A DNA stretch of 64,000 nt from an uncultured Desulfobulbia bacterium. GTDB taxonomy: Bacteria; Desulfobacterota; Desulfobulbia; Desulfobulbales; SURF-16. The position numbers were made by a program, and so were the translations under genes. The notes beneath the pieces were generated by a model, which made no database searches, was not told the DNA's origin, and worked only from the letters and a program-made list of their open reading frames with translations. How positions within the stretch are numbered: position 1 is the first letter of the stretch; the number at the start of each line of letters is the position of its first letter. The stretch spans positions 2,822 through 66,821 of the forward strand of contig CAZZCA010000002.1 in NCBI GenBank assembly GCA_964653055.1, in the 5' to 3' direction. Below are positions 46,230 through 56,466 of the stretch, piece after piece.

Positions 46230-47569
46230 TGGCACAGGCAGAAAAGGTTGTCAGCGGCCCGGAGGATGTAGATCCTCTCGTTGTCGCCCATGGCGATCAT
46301 CACATCTCCCGAGGTGATATTAATCGGGACGCAATCAAGGTTTTAAGCCGTCTGCAGGATGCAGGCTTTGAGGCTTATCTGGTGGGCGGCGGAGTTCGGG
46401 ATCTCTATCTCGGCAAGAAGCCCAAGGACTTTGATATTTCAACTAATGCCCGGCCCGGGCAATTGCGGAAGCTTTTTCGTAATAGCCGGACCATTGGCCG
46501 CCGTTTTCGCCTGGTTCAGGTTTTCTTCGGGGCCAATCATATCCTGGAGGTTTCCACCTTTCGTTGTCGGAGTGAGTTCGATATTAAGGATAAGCAGGAG
46601 GTTTTACCCTCCAATAATACCTTTGGCTCCCTGGCTGACGATGCCTGTCGTCGTGATCTTACCATTAATGGTCTATTCTATGATATCAGTGACCAGACCA
46701 TAATTGATTATACCGGTGGGGTAGCGGATCTTGATGCCGGGGTAGTGCGGATAATTGGTGATCCGGAAGTACGGATAACCAGGGATCCGGTACGGATGAT
46801 GCGGGCTATTCGCCATGCTGCCCGGAGCGGATTCACCATTGGCCCTGTTACCTGGCAGGCAATTCTCAATCATATTGATAAGATCCATATCTGTCCGGTC
46901 TCCCGGATTCGGGATGAGTTGCTCAAGGATCTGCGGGGGGGGGCTTGCAGTGTCTGGCTGCCCCTGGCGGTGGAGAGCGGTCTTTTTGCCGAACTTTTCC
47001 CTTTTTATCGTTCTTTGCTGGCGGCTGACAAGAAGCTGGTGACGGAACTCGCTGCTCTTCTGGCGGTTAGTGATCGACTTCAGGGTGATGGCGGTCAGAT
47101 GGCGGAGTCGGTTCTCCTTGGCCTGATTCTTATTCCCTGGGCAATGGCAAATTATCCGGTACTTGCCGGCAGTGATGGAGAATTTGGTGATCTTTTTGCC
47201 CTTTCCCGCCAGATTCGTCAGGATCTGGACCAGCATCTGCAGCATCTTAATTTGAAGAGGCTTATTCGGGAGGAGATTGCCGGAATGCTCTCTCGCCTGC
47301 CCCTCTTTGCCTGTCATGCCCGGAAGGGTTGGCCTCGCTGGTTGCAGAAGAAAAGTTATTTTAAGGATAGTTCCCGTTTTTATCTGATGTATTGTGAGAG
47401 TAAAGAGGGTAAACCGGTTGCGGATCTGAGGCCGGTTGCACCTCCGGCTACCAGTGGGGGGGGTAAGAAGCCTGGCGGCAGGGGCCGGCGGAATAAGGGC
47501 CGGCGTCAGCTTGCGTCCTTTGCCTCTGATTCCCAGAAAGGCGGGGTCTTTGGTTTCAGACGTCACTGA
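46229..47569 (+). CDS. pcnB: Poly(A) polymerase I
   Basis: 446 aa with YLVGGGVRDLYLGKKPKDFDISTNA, FRNSRTIGRRFRLVQVFF, EVSTFR, and a basic C-terminal tail. Confidence 0.9.
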   Translation: MAQAEKVVSGPEDVDPLVVAHGDHHISRGDINRDAIKVLSRLQDAGFEAYLVGGGVRDLYLGKKPKDFDISTNARPGQLRKLFRNSRTIGRRFRLVQVFFGANHILEVSTFRCRSEFDIKDKQEVLPSNNTFGSLADDACRRDLTINGLFYDISDQTIIDYTGGVADLDAGVVRIIGDPEVRITRDPVRMMRAIRHAARSGFTIGPVTWQAILNHIDKIHICPVSRIRDELLKDLRGGACSVWLPLAVESGLFAELFPFYRSLLAADKKLVTELAALLAVSDRLQGDGGQMAESVLLGLILIPWAMANYPVLAGSDGEFGDLFALSRQIRQDLDQHLQHLNLKRLIREEIAGMLSRLPLFACHARKGWPRWLQKKSYFKDSSRFYLMYCESKEGKPVADLRPVAPPATSGGGKKPGGRGRRNKGRRQLASFASDSQKGGVFGFRRH

Positions 47570-47578
47570 TATTTTTCC

Positions 47579-48499
47579 ATGGTAGATCATCAGCAAATAG
47601 CAAAGTGGCGGGCCATGTCCTGTCAGGAGCTCATGGGCCTTGCCCTTGCCCGGAAACTTGCCTCTCGGGGCCGGTCTTTCTCTCTTTGCTCCATTATCAA
47701 TGCTCGCTCTGGGAAATGCAGTGAGGATTGTCGTTATTGTACCCAGTCGGCCCATTTCAGTACTGATACTCCGGTTTATCCCCTGTTGAGCAGTGAGGAG
47801 ATTGTCAGTGCTGCGGCCCAGGCTAAGGTAGACGGAGCTAGTCGATTCTCTCTGGTTACCAGTGGTCGTGGCCCGGCCCCTGACGACCTGCCTCGTCTTT
47901 GCGGGATTATTGCCCGGATCAAAGAGAAGGTGGGGATAAAGGTTTGCGGTTCATTCGGCATAATTAATGAGGACAATCTTTCATTATTGGCCCAGGCAGG
48001 TCTCAGTCGTTATCATCACAACCTGGAGACCTCGGCGGAGTTTTTCCCCCAAGTTACCACCACCCATGGTTTTACTGATCGCCAGAAAACCATAAGGGCA
48101 GCCCAGGCTGCAGGCCTTGAGGTCTGTGCCGGTGGAATCATCGGTCTTGGTGAAAGTGAGGCTGATCGGGTATCCCTGGCCTGTTCACTGGCGGATCTTG
48201 GCATCACTTCGGTACCTCTTAATATTTTGATTCCCTTGCCCGGAACCCCCCTGGCTGATTTTCAGCCCTTGCCGGTTGTTGATATCCTGCGGACCATTGC
48301 CCTATTTCGTCTGATTTTGCCAACAGCCGCCCTTCGGCTGGCAGCTGGTCGCGAGAGTGGCCTGGCTGATTTTTTAAGTACCGCCTTTATGGCTGGTGCT
48401 GACGGGATGATGATTGGCGGCTATCTTACCCAGCGGGGACGAAGTCCGGAGGCTGATCGTCATTTTGTTGAGGAGATCCGCACTCTATGGATAGGTTGA
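47579..48499 (+). CDS. bioB: Biotin synthase
   Basis: 306 aa with radical SAM CSEDCRYCTQS and downstream YHHNLETS. Confidence 0.95.
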   Translation: MVDHQQIAKWRAMSCQELMGLALARKLASRGRSFSLCSIINARSGKCSEDCRYCTQSAHFSTDTPVYPLLSSEEIVSAAAQAKVDGASRFSLVTSGRGPAPDDLPRLCGIIARIKEKVGIKVCGSFGIINEDNLSLLAQAGLSRYHHNLETSAEFFPQVTTTHGFTDRQKTIRAAQAAGLEVCAGGIIGLGESEADRVSLACSLADLGITSVPLNILIPLPGTPLADFQPLPVVDILRTIALFRLILPTAALRLAAGRESGLADFLSTAFMAGADGMMIGGYLTQRGRSPEADRHFVEEIRTLWIG

Positions 48500-49650
48500 A
48501 TTGGCTGATTAAACAGGAGAGCTCGGGTCTACTCCGGAAATTAATGCCCCTGACCCGGCATGGTTCAGATGGTGTTCGGGCAGATGACGGCAGAATGCTC
48601 CATGATTTTTCATCCAACGATTATCTGGCCCTTTCTAATCACCCCCTGGTTATTGCCGGTGCCCGGAAGGCTTTGGAACAGGGGGGAGCCGGTGCCGGTG
48701 CTGCCCGCCTGATGAGCGGGGACCTGGCCATTCATCATCAACTTGAAGAGGAGCTGGCGGCCTTGAAGGAACAGGAGGCCGCTTTGCTTTTTGGCAGTGG
48801 TTTTCTCGCCAATTGCGGGATCATACCTGCCCTGGTTGGTCGCAATGATGTTATTTTCTCCGATCGTCTTAATCATGCCAGTATCTATGATGGTTGCCGG
48901 CTGGCATCTTCCCGCCTGATTCGGTTTCGTCATAATGACCTTGGTCACCTGGAAGATTTATTGAAGAGCCAGCGGGGCGAGAATGAGGCCCTGATCGTGG
49001 TGGAATCGCTTTATTCCATGGACGGTGATCGCTGTCCCCTGCCGGAGCTGGTGCGGCTTAAGGAAAAATATAATTGCCTGCTGATGGTTGATGAGGCTCA
49101 TGCCACCGGCCTTTTTGGCTCCCAGGGGGGAGGTTTACTCCAGGAGAGGGGACTGGCAGCAGAGGTGGATCTGGCGGTTGGCACTCTGGGTAAGGCCCTG
49201 GGCAGTTATGGAGCCTATGTGGCAGCTGATCGGCAGATGGTGGATTATCTCCTTAACCGGGCCCGCTCCTTTATCTATTCCACTGCCTTGCCGCCGGCGG
49301 TGGCCGGGGCCTCCCTGGCAGCGGTCAGGCTGGTGGTAAGTGAACCTTCTCTGCGAACAGAGCTTTTCAATCGGGTTAATTTTTTTAAAGAGAAATTAAT
49401 TACCGGTGGTTTGAAGGACCTGGGTGATAGTCAGATTATTCCGGTTAAGGTGGGTGACAGTGCCAAGGCCCTGGCCCTGGCCAAGGCCCTTGGTGATCAG
49501 GGTTTTTACTTAACTGCTGTTCGACCGCCCACGGTGCCGGAGGGTACGGCCCGGCTCCGCATTTCCATTACTCTCCATCATAGCCTTGAGGTGCTGGCCC
49601 AGGCTGCTGCTGTTTTGCTTAAGGAATTATCGAGGATTAGGACCCTTTGA
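48487..49650 (+). CDS. bioF: 8-amino-7-oxononanoate synthase
   Basis: 387 aa with NDYLALSNHP, VDEAHATG, and PLP-Lys context GTLGKALG. 13-nt overlap with bioB. Confidence 0.94.
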   Translation: MDRLNWLIKQESSGLLRKLMPLTRHGSDGVRADDGRMLHDFSSNDYLALSNHPLVIAGARKALEQGGAGAGAARLMSGDLAIHHQLEEELAALKEQEAALLFGSGFLANCGIIPALVGRNDVIFSDRLNHASIYDGCRLASSRLIRFRHNDLGHLEDLLKSQRGENEALIVVESLYSMDGDRCPLPELVRLKEKYNCLLMVDEAHATGLFGSQGGGLLQERGLAAEVDLAVGTLGKALGSYGAYVAADRQMVDYLLNRARSFIYSTALPPAVAGASLAAVRLVVSEPSLRTELFNRVNFFKEKLITGGLKDLGDSQIIPVKVGDSAKALALAKALGDQGFYLTAVRPPTVPEGTARLRISITLHHSLEVLAQAAAVLLKELSRIRTL

Positions 49651-49686
49651 TTTGGCGAAGGAATTTTTTTCTGGCGGGTTCCACCG

Positions 49687-51963
49687 CTATTCATCATCCT
49701 CTTTTTTCAGATAGGTGCAATTTTTCTGGGGACAACGGAGATGGGGGCCGATCTTCTTGGTTTCCTTGGCCACCAGGAAAGGAGATTCACACAGAGGGCA
49801 GGCTTGGTTGACTGGCTTGTCCCACAGGGCATATTTACAATCAGGGAACTGGTTACAGGAATAAAAGACCTTGCCTCTTTTTGACACCTTCTTGACAATT
49901 TCACCGGGACAATTCTCTTCCGGGCATTTGATCCCGGTGCTTTCGGCCATGATGTTTTTGCATTCCGGATAACCGGAGCAGGCGAGGAAGCGGCCAAAGC
50001 GTCCATGTTTATAGACCATGGCCTTGCCGCATTTATCGCAGACCTTGTCAGAGGTCTCTGGTTCTTTCTTGGCAGTGGGGATGATTTTGCCGTCTTTATC
50101 CCGGGTGAAGTCCTGGGTATTGGTGCAATCGGGATAATTGGCACAGGCGAGAAACTCCCCCATCTTTCCCCATTTGATCTGCATTTCACCATCACATTTC
50201 GGGCAGCTGATGTCGGTGGGGATGGCGCTACGCTTAACGGAGCGCATTTCTTCCTTGGCCGAGGCCAGGGTCTGCTGAAACGGGTCATAGAAATCAGATA
50301 GAAGTTTCTGCCAATTACTTTCGCCCTCCTCCACCTGATCCAGTTTTTGTTCCATGGAGGCGGTGAAATCAACATTCATAATGGCCGGGAAATGGCCCAC
50401 CAGGAGTTCGTTGATTAATATGCCCAGATCAGTGGGGAAGAATTTGCGTTCCTGGAGCTGGACATACTCCTTGTCCTGGATGGTGGAAAGAATGGCGGCA
50501 TAGGTACTGGGTCGGCCCACCCCATTTTCCTCCAGGGCCTTGACCAGAGATGCTTCGGTGTAGCGGGCTGGTGGCTGGGTAAAATGCTGTTTGGGCTCTA
50601 TTTTAGTCAGGATGAGAGCTGCTCCTTCCTGGATATCGGGCAGCAGCGGGTCTTTGCCGTTTTTCTTTTGCTGGGAGGATGAGTCCTGATAAAGATTCAT
50701 AAACCCGTCAAAACGAAGAATGGAGCCGGTGGCCCGGAGTTCATAAGCCTCAGAGGCCTGGATGAGAATGGTGGTCTGGTCATAAACGGCGGGGGTCATC
50801 TGGCTTGCGATAAACCGTTTCCAGATCAAGGTGTACAGGGACAACATGTCTTTTTCCAGGAGGCCAGCCATTTTTTCCGGGGTGTGCTGAGCGTCTGTAG
50901 GGCGGATGGCCTCATGGGCGTCCTGGGCAGCTTTTTTGGTTTTAAAGCGACGGGCTTTGGCAGGCAGGTAAGACGTGTCATAATTATTGCTGATATGGGT
51001 CCGTGCCTGATCAATGGCCTCATCACTGATTCTGGGAGAATCAGTTCGCATATAGGTGATCAGGCCGGTGGGGCCGTCGGAGCCCAGTTCTATCCCTTCA
51101 TACAGACGTTGGGCCAGCATCATGGTTTTCTTGGCGGAGAACCGGAGTTTGCGGTTGGCCTCAATCTGCAGGGAGCTGGTGATAAAGGGAGGTGCGGGAT
51201 GCCGTTTTTTGGCTTTTTTACGGATCTCCTTTACTTGATAACTGGTTTGATTTAAGTCGTTTATGATTTTGTCGGCGCTGGCCTGATCTGGGATCCGGTT
51301 TTTGTTTTTATCAATTTTTTTGCCATTGATCTTGTCCAGCTGGGCCTGAAATGGGGGCAATGTGTCTGGTTGCAGTTCGGTGGTGACGGACCAGTATTCA
51401 ACAGGGACAAAGGCCTGGACTTCCTCTTCCCGGTCACAGACCATGCGTACCGCCACGGATTGGACTCTGCCAGCACTAAGGCCCCGGCGAACTTTATCCC
51501 AGAGCAGGGGTGAGATTTTATACCCAACCAGACGATCGAGAATGCGGCGGGCCTGCTGGGCCTCGAATTTATGGTAATCTATTTCAGTGGCGTTATTGAT
51601 CGCCTCGAGGATTGCCTTTTTGGTGAGTTCGTGGAAAAGGACTCGGTGGATAGGCTTTTTGGTTGACTTCAGAGCCTCGGCAATATGCCAGGCGATGGCT
51701 TCACCCTCACGGTCGGGATCAGGGGCCAGCAGGATGGAGTCGACTTTTTTGGCGGCGCTGCGCAGCTCGGTAAGGATTTTGCCCTTGCCCCGGATAGTAA
51801 CATATTGGGGGAGAAAGCCGTTTTCAACATCCACCCCCAGATTTTTAACCGGCAGATCACGGACATGACCAACCGAGGCTTTGACGGTGAAGTCTTTGCC
51901 AAGATACCTTTGCAGGGTTCTCGCTTTAGCCGGGGACTCAACAATTATGAGGGATTTTGTCAT
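49687..51963 (-). CDS. topA: DNA topoisomerase I
   Basis: 758 aa with a TOPRIM N-terminus (LIIVESPAKA), active-site region ITYMRTDS, and C-terminal C4 zinc ribbons. Confidence 0.97.
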   Translation of the reverse strand: MTKSLIIVESPAKARTLQRYLGKDFTVKASVGHVRDLPVKNLGVDVENGFLPQYVTIRGKGKILTELRSAAKKVDSILLAPDPDREGEAIAWHIAEALKSTKKPIHRVLFHELTKKAILEAINNATEIDYHKFEAQQARRILDRLVGYKISPLLWDKVRRGLSAGRVQSVAVRMVCDREEEVQAFVPVEYWSVTTELQPDTLPPFQAQLDKINGKKIDKNKNRIPDQASADKIINDLNQTSYQVKEIRKKAKKRHPAPPFITSSLQIEANRKLRFSAKKTMMLAQRLYEGIELGSDGPTGLITYMRTDSPRISDEAIDQARTHISNNYDTSYLPAKARRFKTKKAAQDAHEAIRPTDAQHTPEKMAGLLEKDMLSLYTLIWKRFIASQMTPAVYDQTTILIQASEAYELRATGSILRFDGFMNLYQDSSSQQKKNGKDPLLPDIQEGAALILTKIEPKQHFTQPPARYTEASLVKALEENGVGRPSTYAAILSTIQDKEYVQLQERKFFPTDLGILINELLVGHFPAIMNVDFTASMEQKLDQVEEGESNWQKLLSDFYDPFQQTLASAKEEMRSVKRSAIPTDISCPKCDGEMQIKWGKMGEFLACANYPDCTNTQDFTRDKDGKIIPTAKKEPETSDKVCDKCGKAMVYKHGRFGRFLACSGYPECKNIMAESTGIKCPEENCPGEIVKKVSKRGKVFYSCNQFPDCKYALWDKPVNQACPLCESPFLVAKETKKIGPHLRCPQKNCTYLKKEDDE

Positions 51964-51969
51964 TATTCT

Positions 51970-53070
51970 TTATTTTAGTTGGTATTGGCTGCCGGGCAGC
52001 GAAATAATAAGGTTTTTCAGCTCAAGGGTCAGCAGGTTCTGTTGAATGCTATCGGCTTTCAGGCCGCTTTTTTCCATGAGGTTGTTAATATTCTGGGGGT
52101 AGACCTCAAGACAGTCGATCAGGGTCTGTTCCTCCTGGTTCAATTCTGTTTTAGGTGGTTTTGGTTCATCCTGTTCATTTCTCTGCCAGTTGGCCATGGG
52201 GGCCAGCTCTTCTAATATGTCATCCACAGTGTGCACCAGTTTGGCGCCACTTTTCAAAAGGTCGTGGGTTCCTTCGCTTTTAAAGGAATCAACTCGTCCT
52301 GGTATGGCAAAGACTTCTCGTCCCTGCTCCAGAGCAAGGTGGGCAGTAATCAGGGAGCCAGACTTCTTGGCAGCCTCCACAACCAGCAGGCCAAGGGAGA
52401 GACCGCTGATTATCCTGTTGCGAGCCGGAAAGCGAAAAGGTTCCGGCTGGGTGCCAAAGGGGTATTCACTGATAACGGCGCCCTCTTTTGTTATCTGGTG
52501 ATATAATTTATTGTTTTGGCGCGGGTAGATAATATCCAGCCCGCAGCCAAGCACTGCAATGGTTGGTCCCCCGGCCTGGAGTGCTCCTCTATGGGCGGCG
52601 GTATCAATGCCAAGAGCCATTCCGCTGGTTATGGTTAACCCCTGGCGGCTGAGCTGCTTGGCCATGCTGGTGGCTATCCGCTGACCATATGTTGTTGACG
52701 CCCGGGCCCCGACAATTCCCAGGCATTTATTGTTTAGCAGGTCGAGGTTACCCTTTATATAAAGGAAGGGTGGTGGCTCGTGAATATGCTGCAGCAGTTC
52801 GGGGTATTCCCGGCACCTGCGGCTGATGATTCGTATCCCGGTTTTATCGGCCAGTTTAAGTTCGGCCTCTGCCTGCGCCTGCAATTTGTTCTGTTTGATG
52901 CCAGCAATGATCTTTGCTGATATTCCCGGCACCATTTGCCGAATCTTTGTCTCTGAGGCGGCAAAAATTTTTTCAGGATTGTCAAAGGCAGCCTGCAGTT
53001 TATGCCAGGTTCTGATGCCGAGACCCGGGATAAGGTAAAGAGCCAGCCAGTCTGTTAATTCCCTGCTCAT
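51970..53070 (-). CDS. dprA: DNA processing protein DprA
   Basis: Motifs GIVGARASTTYG, SGMALGIDTAAHRGAL, VLGCGLDIIYP. Start placed at MSRELTDWL; the longest ORF reaches 53145. Ends 6 nt upstream of the topA start. Confidence 0.92.
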   Translation of the reverse strand: MSRELTDWLALYLIPGLGIRTWHKLQAAFDNPEKIFAASETKIRQMVPGISAKIIAGIKQNKLQAQAEAELKLADKTGIRIISRRCREYPELLQHIHEPPPFLYIKGNLDLLNNKCLGIVGARASTTYGQRIATSMAKQLSRQGLTITSGMALGIDTAAHRGALQAGGPTIAVLGCGLDIIYPRQNNKLYHQITKEGAVISEYPFGTQPEPFRFPARNRIISGLSLGLLVVEAAKKSGSLITAHLALEQGREVFAIPGRVDSFKSEGTHDLLKSGAKLVHTVDDILEELAPMANWQRNEQDEPKPPKTELNQEEQTLIDCLEVYPQNINNLMEKSGLKADSIQQNLLTLELKNLIISLPGSQYQLK

Positions 53071-53198
53071 TGCGGATCCATGCTGAAAAAGAGGGGTAGC
53101 CAAGATTAATCGTCTGAAAATGGAGATAACTACAGCATTGGCCAAGATAGTGTCAACCTGTTTTTTGCTTGGGGCTGATTTCCCCGGGTCAGAATGGG

Positions 53199-54608
53199 TT
53201 AATCGTCAGCAAAGCTCGCCAGGTGTTTTTTCCGGGAGGGATGCTTTAATTTTTTGAGGGCCCGGGCCTCAATTTGTCGAATTCTCTCCCGGGTAACGGA
53301 AAAATTTCGCCCTACCTCTTCCAGGGTGAGATCTTTGGCCGTATCAATTCCGAAACGCATCCGTAAAACAGACTCTTCTCGGGGGTTCAGGGACTGGAGG
53401 ACCTGGTTGAGGTTCTGGCGGAGGCTGTTTTTTTCTGCCACTTCCGGGGGTGACGGGTAATAATCATCTTCAATAAAACCGGCTAAAGTGCTGTCTTCAT
53501 CATTGCCCACCGGGCTGTCCAGGGAAACAGGCTCCTGGGAGACTGACATGATGTTTTTGATTTTTTTCACATCAACATCAAGCTCATGGGCCAGCTCTTC
53601 TGCGCTGGGATTGCGTCCGGTTTCCCGGTGCAGGTCTTTGCTTTTTTTAATGATTTTATTGACGGTGTCCACCATATGAACAGGTATTCTGATGGTGCGG
53701 CTCTGGTCGGCCAGAGCCCGGTTGATGGCTTGCCGGATCCACCAGGTTGCATAGGTACTGAATTTGAAGCCACGGCGGTATTCAAATTTTTCCACCGCTC
53801 GCATCAGCCCGATATTTCCTTCCTGGATCAGGTCAAGAAGCTGCAGGCCCCGACTATTGTATTTTTTGGCCACACTTACCACCAGCCGCAGGTTGGACCG
53901 GGAAAGTTCTTTCTGGGCTTCCTGGCTGATTTCCCGGCCAACGGCAATTCGTTTGACCATCTTGTTGATACTGCTGTGATCAATGCCATGCTCTTTTTCC
54001 AGATTGGTCAGCATGATGTCCATTTGGCTGGTGCTGTCAGGGTCCTGTTGTCGGCGTTTGGTTACGGCGTCAAATTGTCGGGATATTCCGGTGAGTTCCC
54101 GCAGGATTATCTGGATTATGTTCTGCTGGATTCGCTCTTTCCGGAAGAGAGCAGTGATGGCATGGTTGCAGCGTTCGATGCGAACCAGAAGTTTGACGGC
54201 CTTGTCCTGGGAGATTAATTTATTCATGTCCCGGCGCAGGGCGGTCCGTTCCCGATCGATTCGCTGAGCTTCCCGCAGGAGCAGATTAAACTCGATGGTT
54301 TTGGCGGCACATTCTTTTTGATCGTCATTGTTCAGGCCCCGGATAATTTCTGAGATCTTTCGGTCAGCCTGTTGTTTGAGGATGAGCAGGGTGCAGGGCA
54401 GGGTAAAGAGAGAGTCCTGGATCTGGCGCTGGCCCTGTTCAATTTGTTTGGCAATGGCAATTTCTTCTTCACTGCTTAAAAGGGGAATGGAGCCTATTTC
54501 CTGGAGATAGGCCTTGACCGGATCAATTTCAGAGAGGACAAGGTGCTTTGTGCTCTTGCCTTTGCTGCCGGCAGTGCGGGTCAGTTTATGTTTACGTTTA
54601 CCGGTCAT
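53199..54608 (-). CDS. rpoD: RNA polymerase sigma factor RpoD
   Basis: Regions 2-4 are present: NLRLVVSVAKKY, DLIQEGNIGLMRAVEKFEYRRGFKFSTYATWWIRQA, TLEEVGRNFSVTRERIRQIE. Start placed at MTGKRKHK, overlapping the dnaG 3' end by 11 nt. Confidence 0.95.
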   Translation of the reverse strand: MTGKRKHKLTRTAGSKGKSTKHLVLSEIDPVKAYLQEIGSIPLLSSEEEIAIAKQIEQGQRQIQDSLFTLPCTLLILKQQADRKISEIIRGLNNDDQKECAAKTIEFNLLLREAQRIDRERTALRRDMNKLISQDKAVKLLVRIERCNHAITALFRKERIQQNIIQIILRELTGISRQFDAVTKRRQQDPDSTSQMDIMLTNLEKEHGIDHSSINKMVKRIAVGREISQEAQKELSRSNLRLVVSVAKKYNSRGLQLLDLIQEGNIGLMRAVEKFEYRRGFKFSTYATWWIRQAINRALADQSRTIRIPVHMVDTVNKIIKKSKDLHRETGRNPSAEELAHELDVDVKKIKNIMSVSQEPVSLDSPVGNDEDSTLAGFIEDDYYPSPPEVAEKNSLRQNLNQVLQSLNPREESVLRMRFGIDTAKDLTLEEVGRNFSVTRERIRQIEARALKKLKHPSRKKHLASFADD

Positions 54609-56361
54609 GGTGGCCACGCTGGTCAATTTCCGCCTTCTGGGACAGGAGGGTGAGGAGGAGGGAATCGTCACCCTGTTGCTGGGCCTCGTTGATCCGGGCG
54701 AGGAGTCTGGCTTTTTGTTTCTTGATGATCTTTTGTTTGAGCCAGTTGCCCATTTCCCGGGTCATGGTGTCCTTGCTGTCTTCGGCATAGTGTGGAACAC
54801 TTACCAGTAGCCCGGCGATAAGGGTTCGGTATGGTTCCTCCAGGTTGGCAAGAAGTGAGTCCGGGCTGAGAAGGGGATCGGTTCGGGCAATTGTTTCGAG
54901 CTGAAGAATAAGCTTACTGCCTGGTGTTGGGTCGAACACTTCCGCTATGCCGGCCCGGATAAAATCGTCGAGGGTGTCAGGGTAGGCCAGGATGAACTCG
55001 AGAAATTGCCGGTGTTGTACCGATAGAACAGGAAGCTTGGTTGGAGCGGCCTTGGGCTTGCTTGGTTTAGAAGGTGGTTTCTTGAAGTACCCTTGCAGGT
55101 CTGTTGCCGGGATCCCGAGTTTCTCGCTGAAATGAGAGACAAAAAGGGTCTGTTGCAGCTGGTTATTGTCCAGGGCCTTGATTACGGGTTCAAGTTCTTT
55201 GACAATCCTGTTTTTGCCTTGAAGGTCAAGGCCGTGTTTGCTGGCCAGATGGGTGAAGACAAATTCCGGCAGGGAGACGGCATTGGCAATTCTTTTTTCA
55301 AGGGCCCTGCTCCCATTTTCCCGGATGAAGCTGTCCGGATCCTGGTCTGGCGGCAGGGTGACAACCCGACCGTTTAATTGTTCGTTGAGAAAGAGGGTCA
55401 CCGAACGCATGGCCGCCTTGATCCCTGCCTCATCACCGTCAAAGAGCATCACTACTTCCGGGGTGTAGCGTTTTAGCAGGCGGATATGGTGCTGGCTCAG
55501 GGCCGTTCCTAAGGGGGCCACCACATGATCCAGACCATGGTCTGCCAGGGTGAGCATATCAAAATTGCCCTCAACCACCAGGCAATTACCGGCCTTTTGA
55601 ATGGCCTTCTTGTTATGGAAAAGGCCGAAAAGCAGCCGACTTTTATCAAAGACCTGGGTTTCCGGGGTGTTGAGGTATTTGGGCTGGCCATCACCGACAA
55701 TACGACCGCCAAAACCGGTTATCTGCCCGCTCATGGAGAATATGGGGCAGACGATCCGTTTGCGGAATCGGTCATAGCAGCGGTTGTCTTTGGCCACCAG
55801 CAGGCCTGCATCCATGCCAGCCTGCCTATCTGCCGGGTTCCGGCTAAGTTTCCGGCTGAGGAAGTCCCAGCTGTCCGGGGCAAATCCCAGTTGATAATGT
55901 TTAATGATTTTTTCTGATATTCCCCGGTTTTCCAGGTATTGTCTGGCCTCGCCCGCCGCCGGGTTTTTGCATAGAAATTCATGGAAAAGCTCGGCTGCCT
56001 GCCCATTGGCCTGGAGGGTTACCTCTCTTTTCCGGGCCCTTTGCTCTTCTGCTGGTGACAATTTACCCTCCTGGAGGGTAATGCCATAGCGTTGGGCTAA
56101 TTCCTGTAGGGCCTCGGGGAAGGTGAGGTTGTGGTACTTCATAATGAAAGAGAAGACATCTCCGCTTTCCTTGCAGCCGAAACAATGATAGTATTGTCGT
56201 GTTTGATTAACGGAAAAAGAGGGGGTCTTTTCGGAATGGAAGGGACACAGGCCTTTGTAGCCACCGCCGTGTTTCTGCAGGGTTACATGTTCACCGATTA
56301 TCTCAATAATGTCGGCGGCATCTTTAACTAATTGGGCGGAATTATTGTCAAAGGTGGTCAT
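54598..56361 (-). CDS. dnaG: DNA primase
   Basis: 587 aa with zinc ribbon CPFHSEKTPSFSV..YHCFGC and TOPRIM motifs (EGNFD, DGDEAG). Confidence 0.96.
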   Translation of the reverse strand: MTTFDNNSAQLVKDAADIIEIIGEHVTLQKHGGGYKGLCPFHSEKTPSFSVNQTRQYYHCFGCKESGDVFSFIMKYHNLTFPEALQELAQRYGITLQEGKLSPAEEQRARKREVTLQANGQAAELFHEFLCKNPAAGEARQYLENRGISEKIIKHYQLGFAPDSWDFLSRKLSRNPADRQAGMDAGLLVAKDNRCYDRFRKRIVCPIFSMSGQITGFGGRIVGDGQPKYLNTPETQVFDKSRLLFGLFHNKKAIQKAGNCLVVEGNFDMLTLADHGLDHVVAPLGTALSQHHIRLLKRYTPEVVMLFDGDEAGIKAAMRSVTLFLNEQLNGRVVTLPPDQDPDSFIRENGSRALEKRIANAVSLPEFVFTHLASKHGLDLQGKNRIVKELEPVIKALDNNQLQQTLFVSHFSEKLGIPATDLQGYFKKPPSKPSKPKAAPTKLPVLSVQHRQFLEFILAYPDTLDDFIRAGIAEVFDPTPGSKLILQLETIARTDPLLSPDSLLANLEEPYRTLIAGLLVSVPHYAEDSKDTMTREMGNWLKQKIIKKQKARLLARINEAQQQGDDSLLLTLLSQKAEIDQRGHHDR

Positions 56362-56466
56362 GAATAAGCAACCTGGCGTTTAATAGCCTAAAATTTAAAG
56401 ATGAATTTTACTCTTTCCTTTATTGGGGTAGAAGTCAAGCAAAAAGCAGGGGTAGGATAGGTTGGC

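Noticed and set aside
56371-56386. Sigma54-like TGGCGT...TAGC upstream of the 236-aa hypothetical gene.
   Set aside because: The GC element is displaced by 1 nt and TTGC is replaced by TAGC. It does not meet the -24/-12 spacing requirement.
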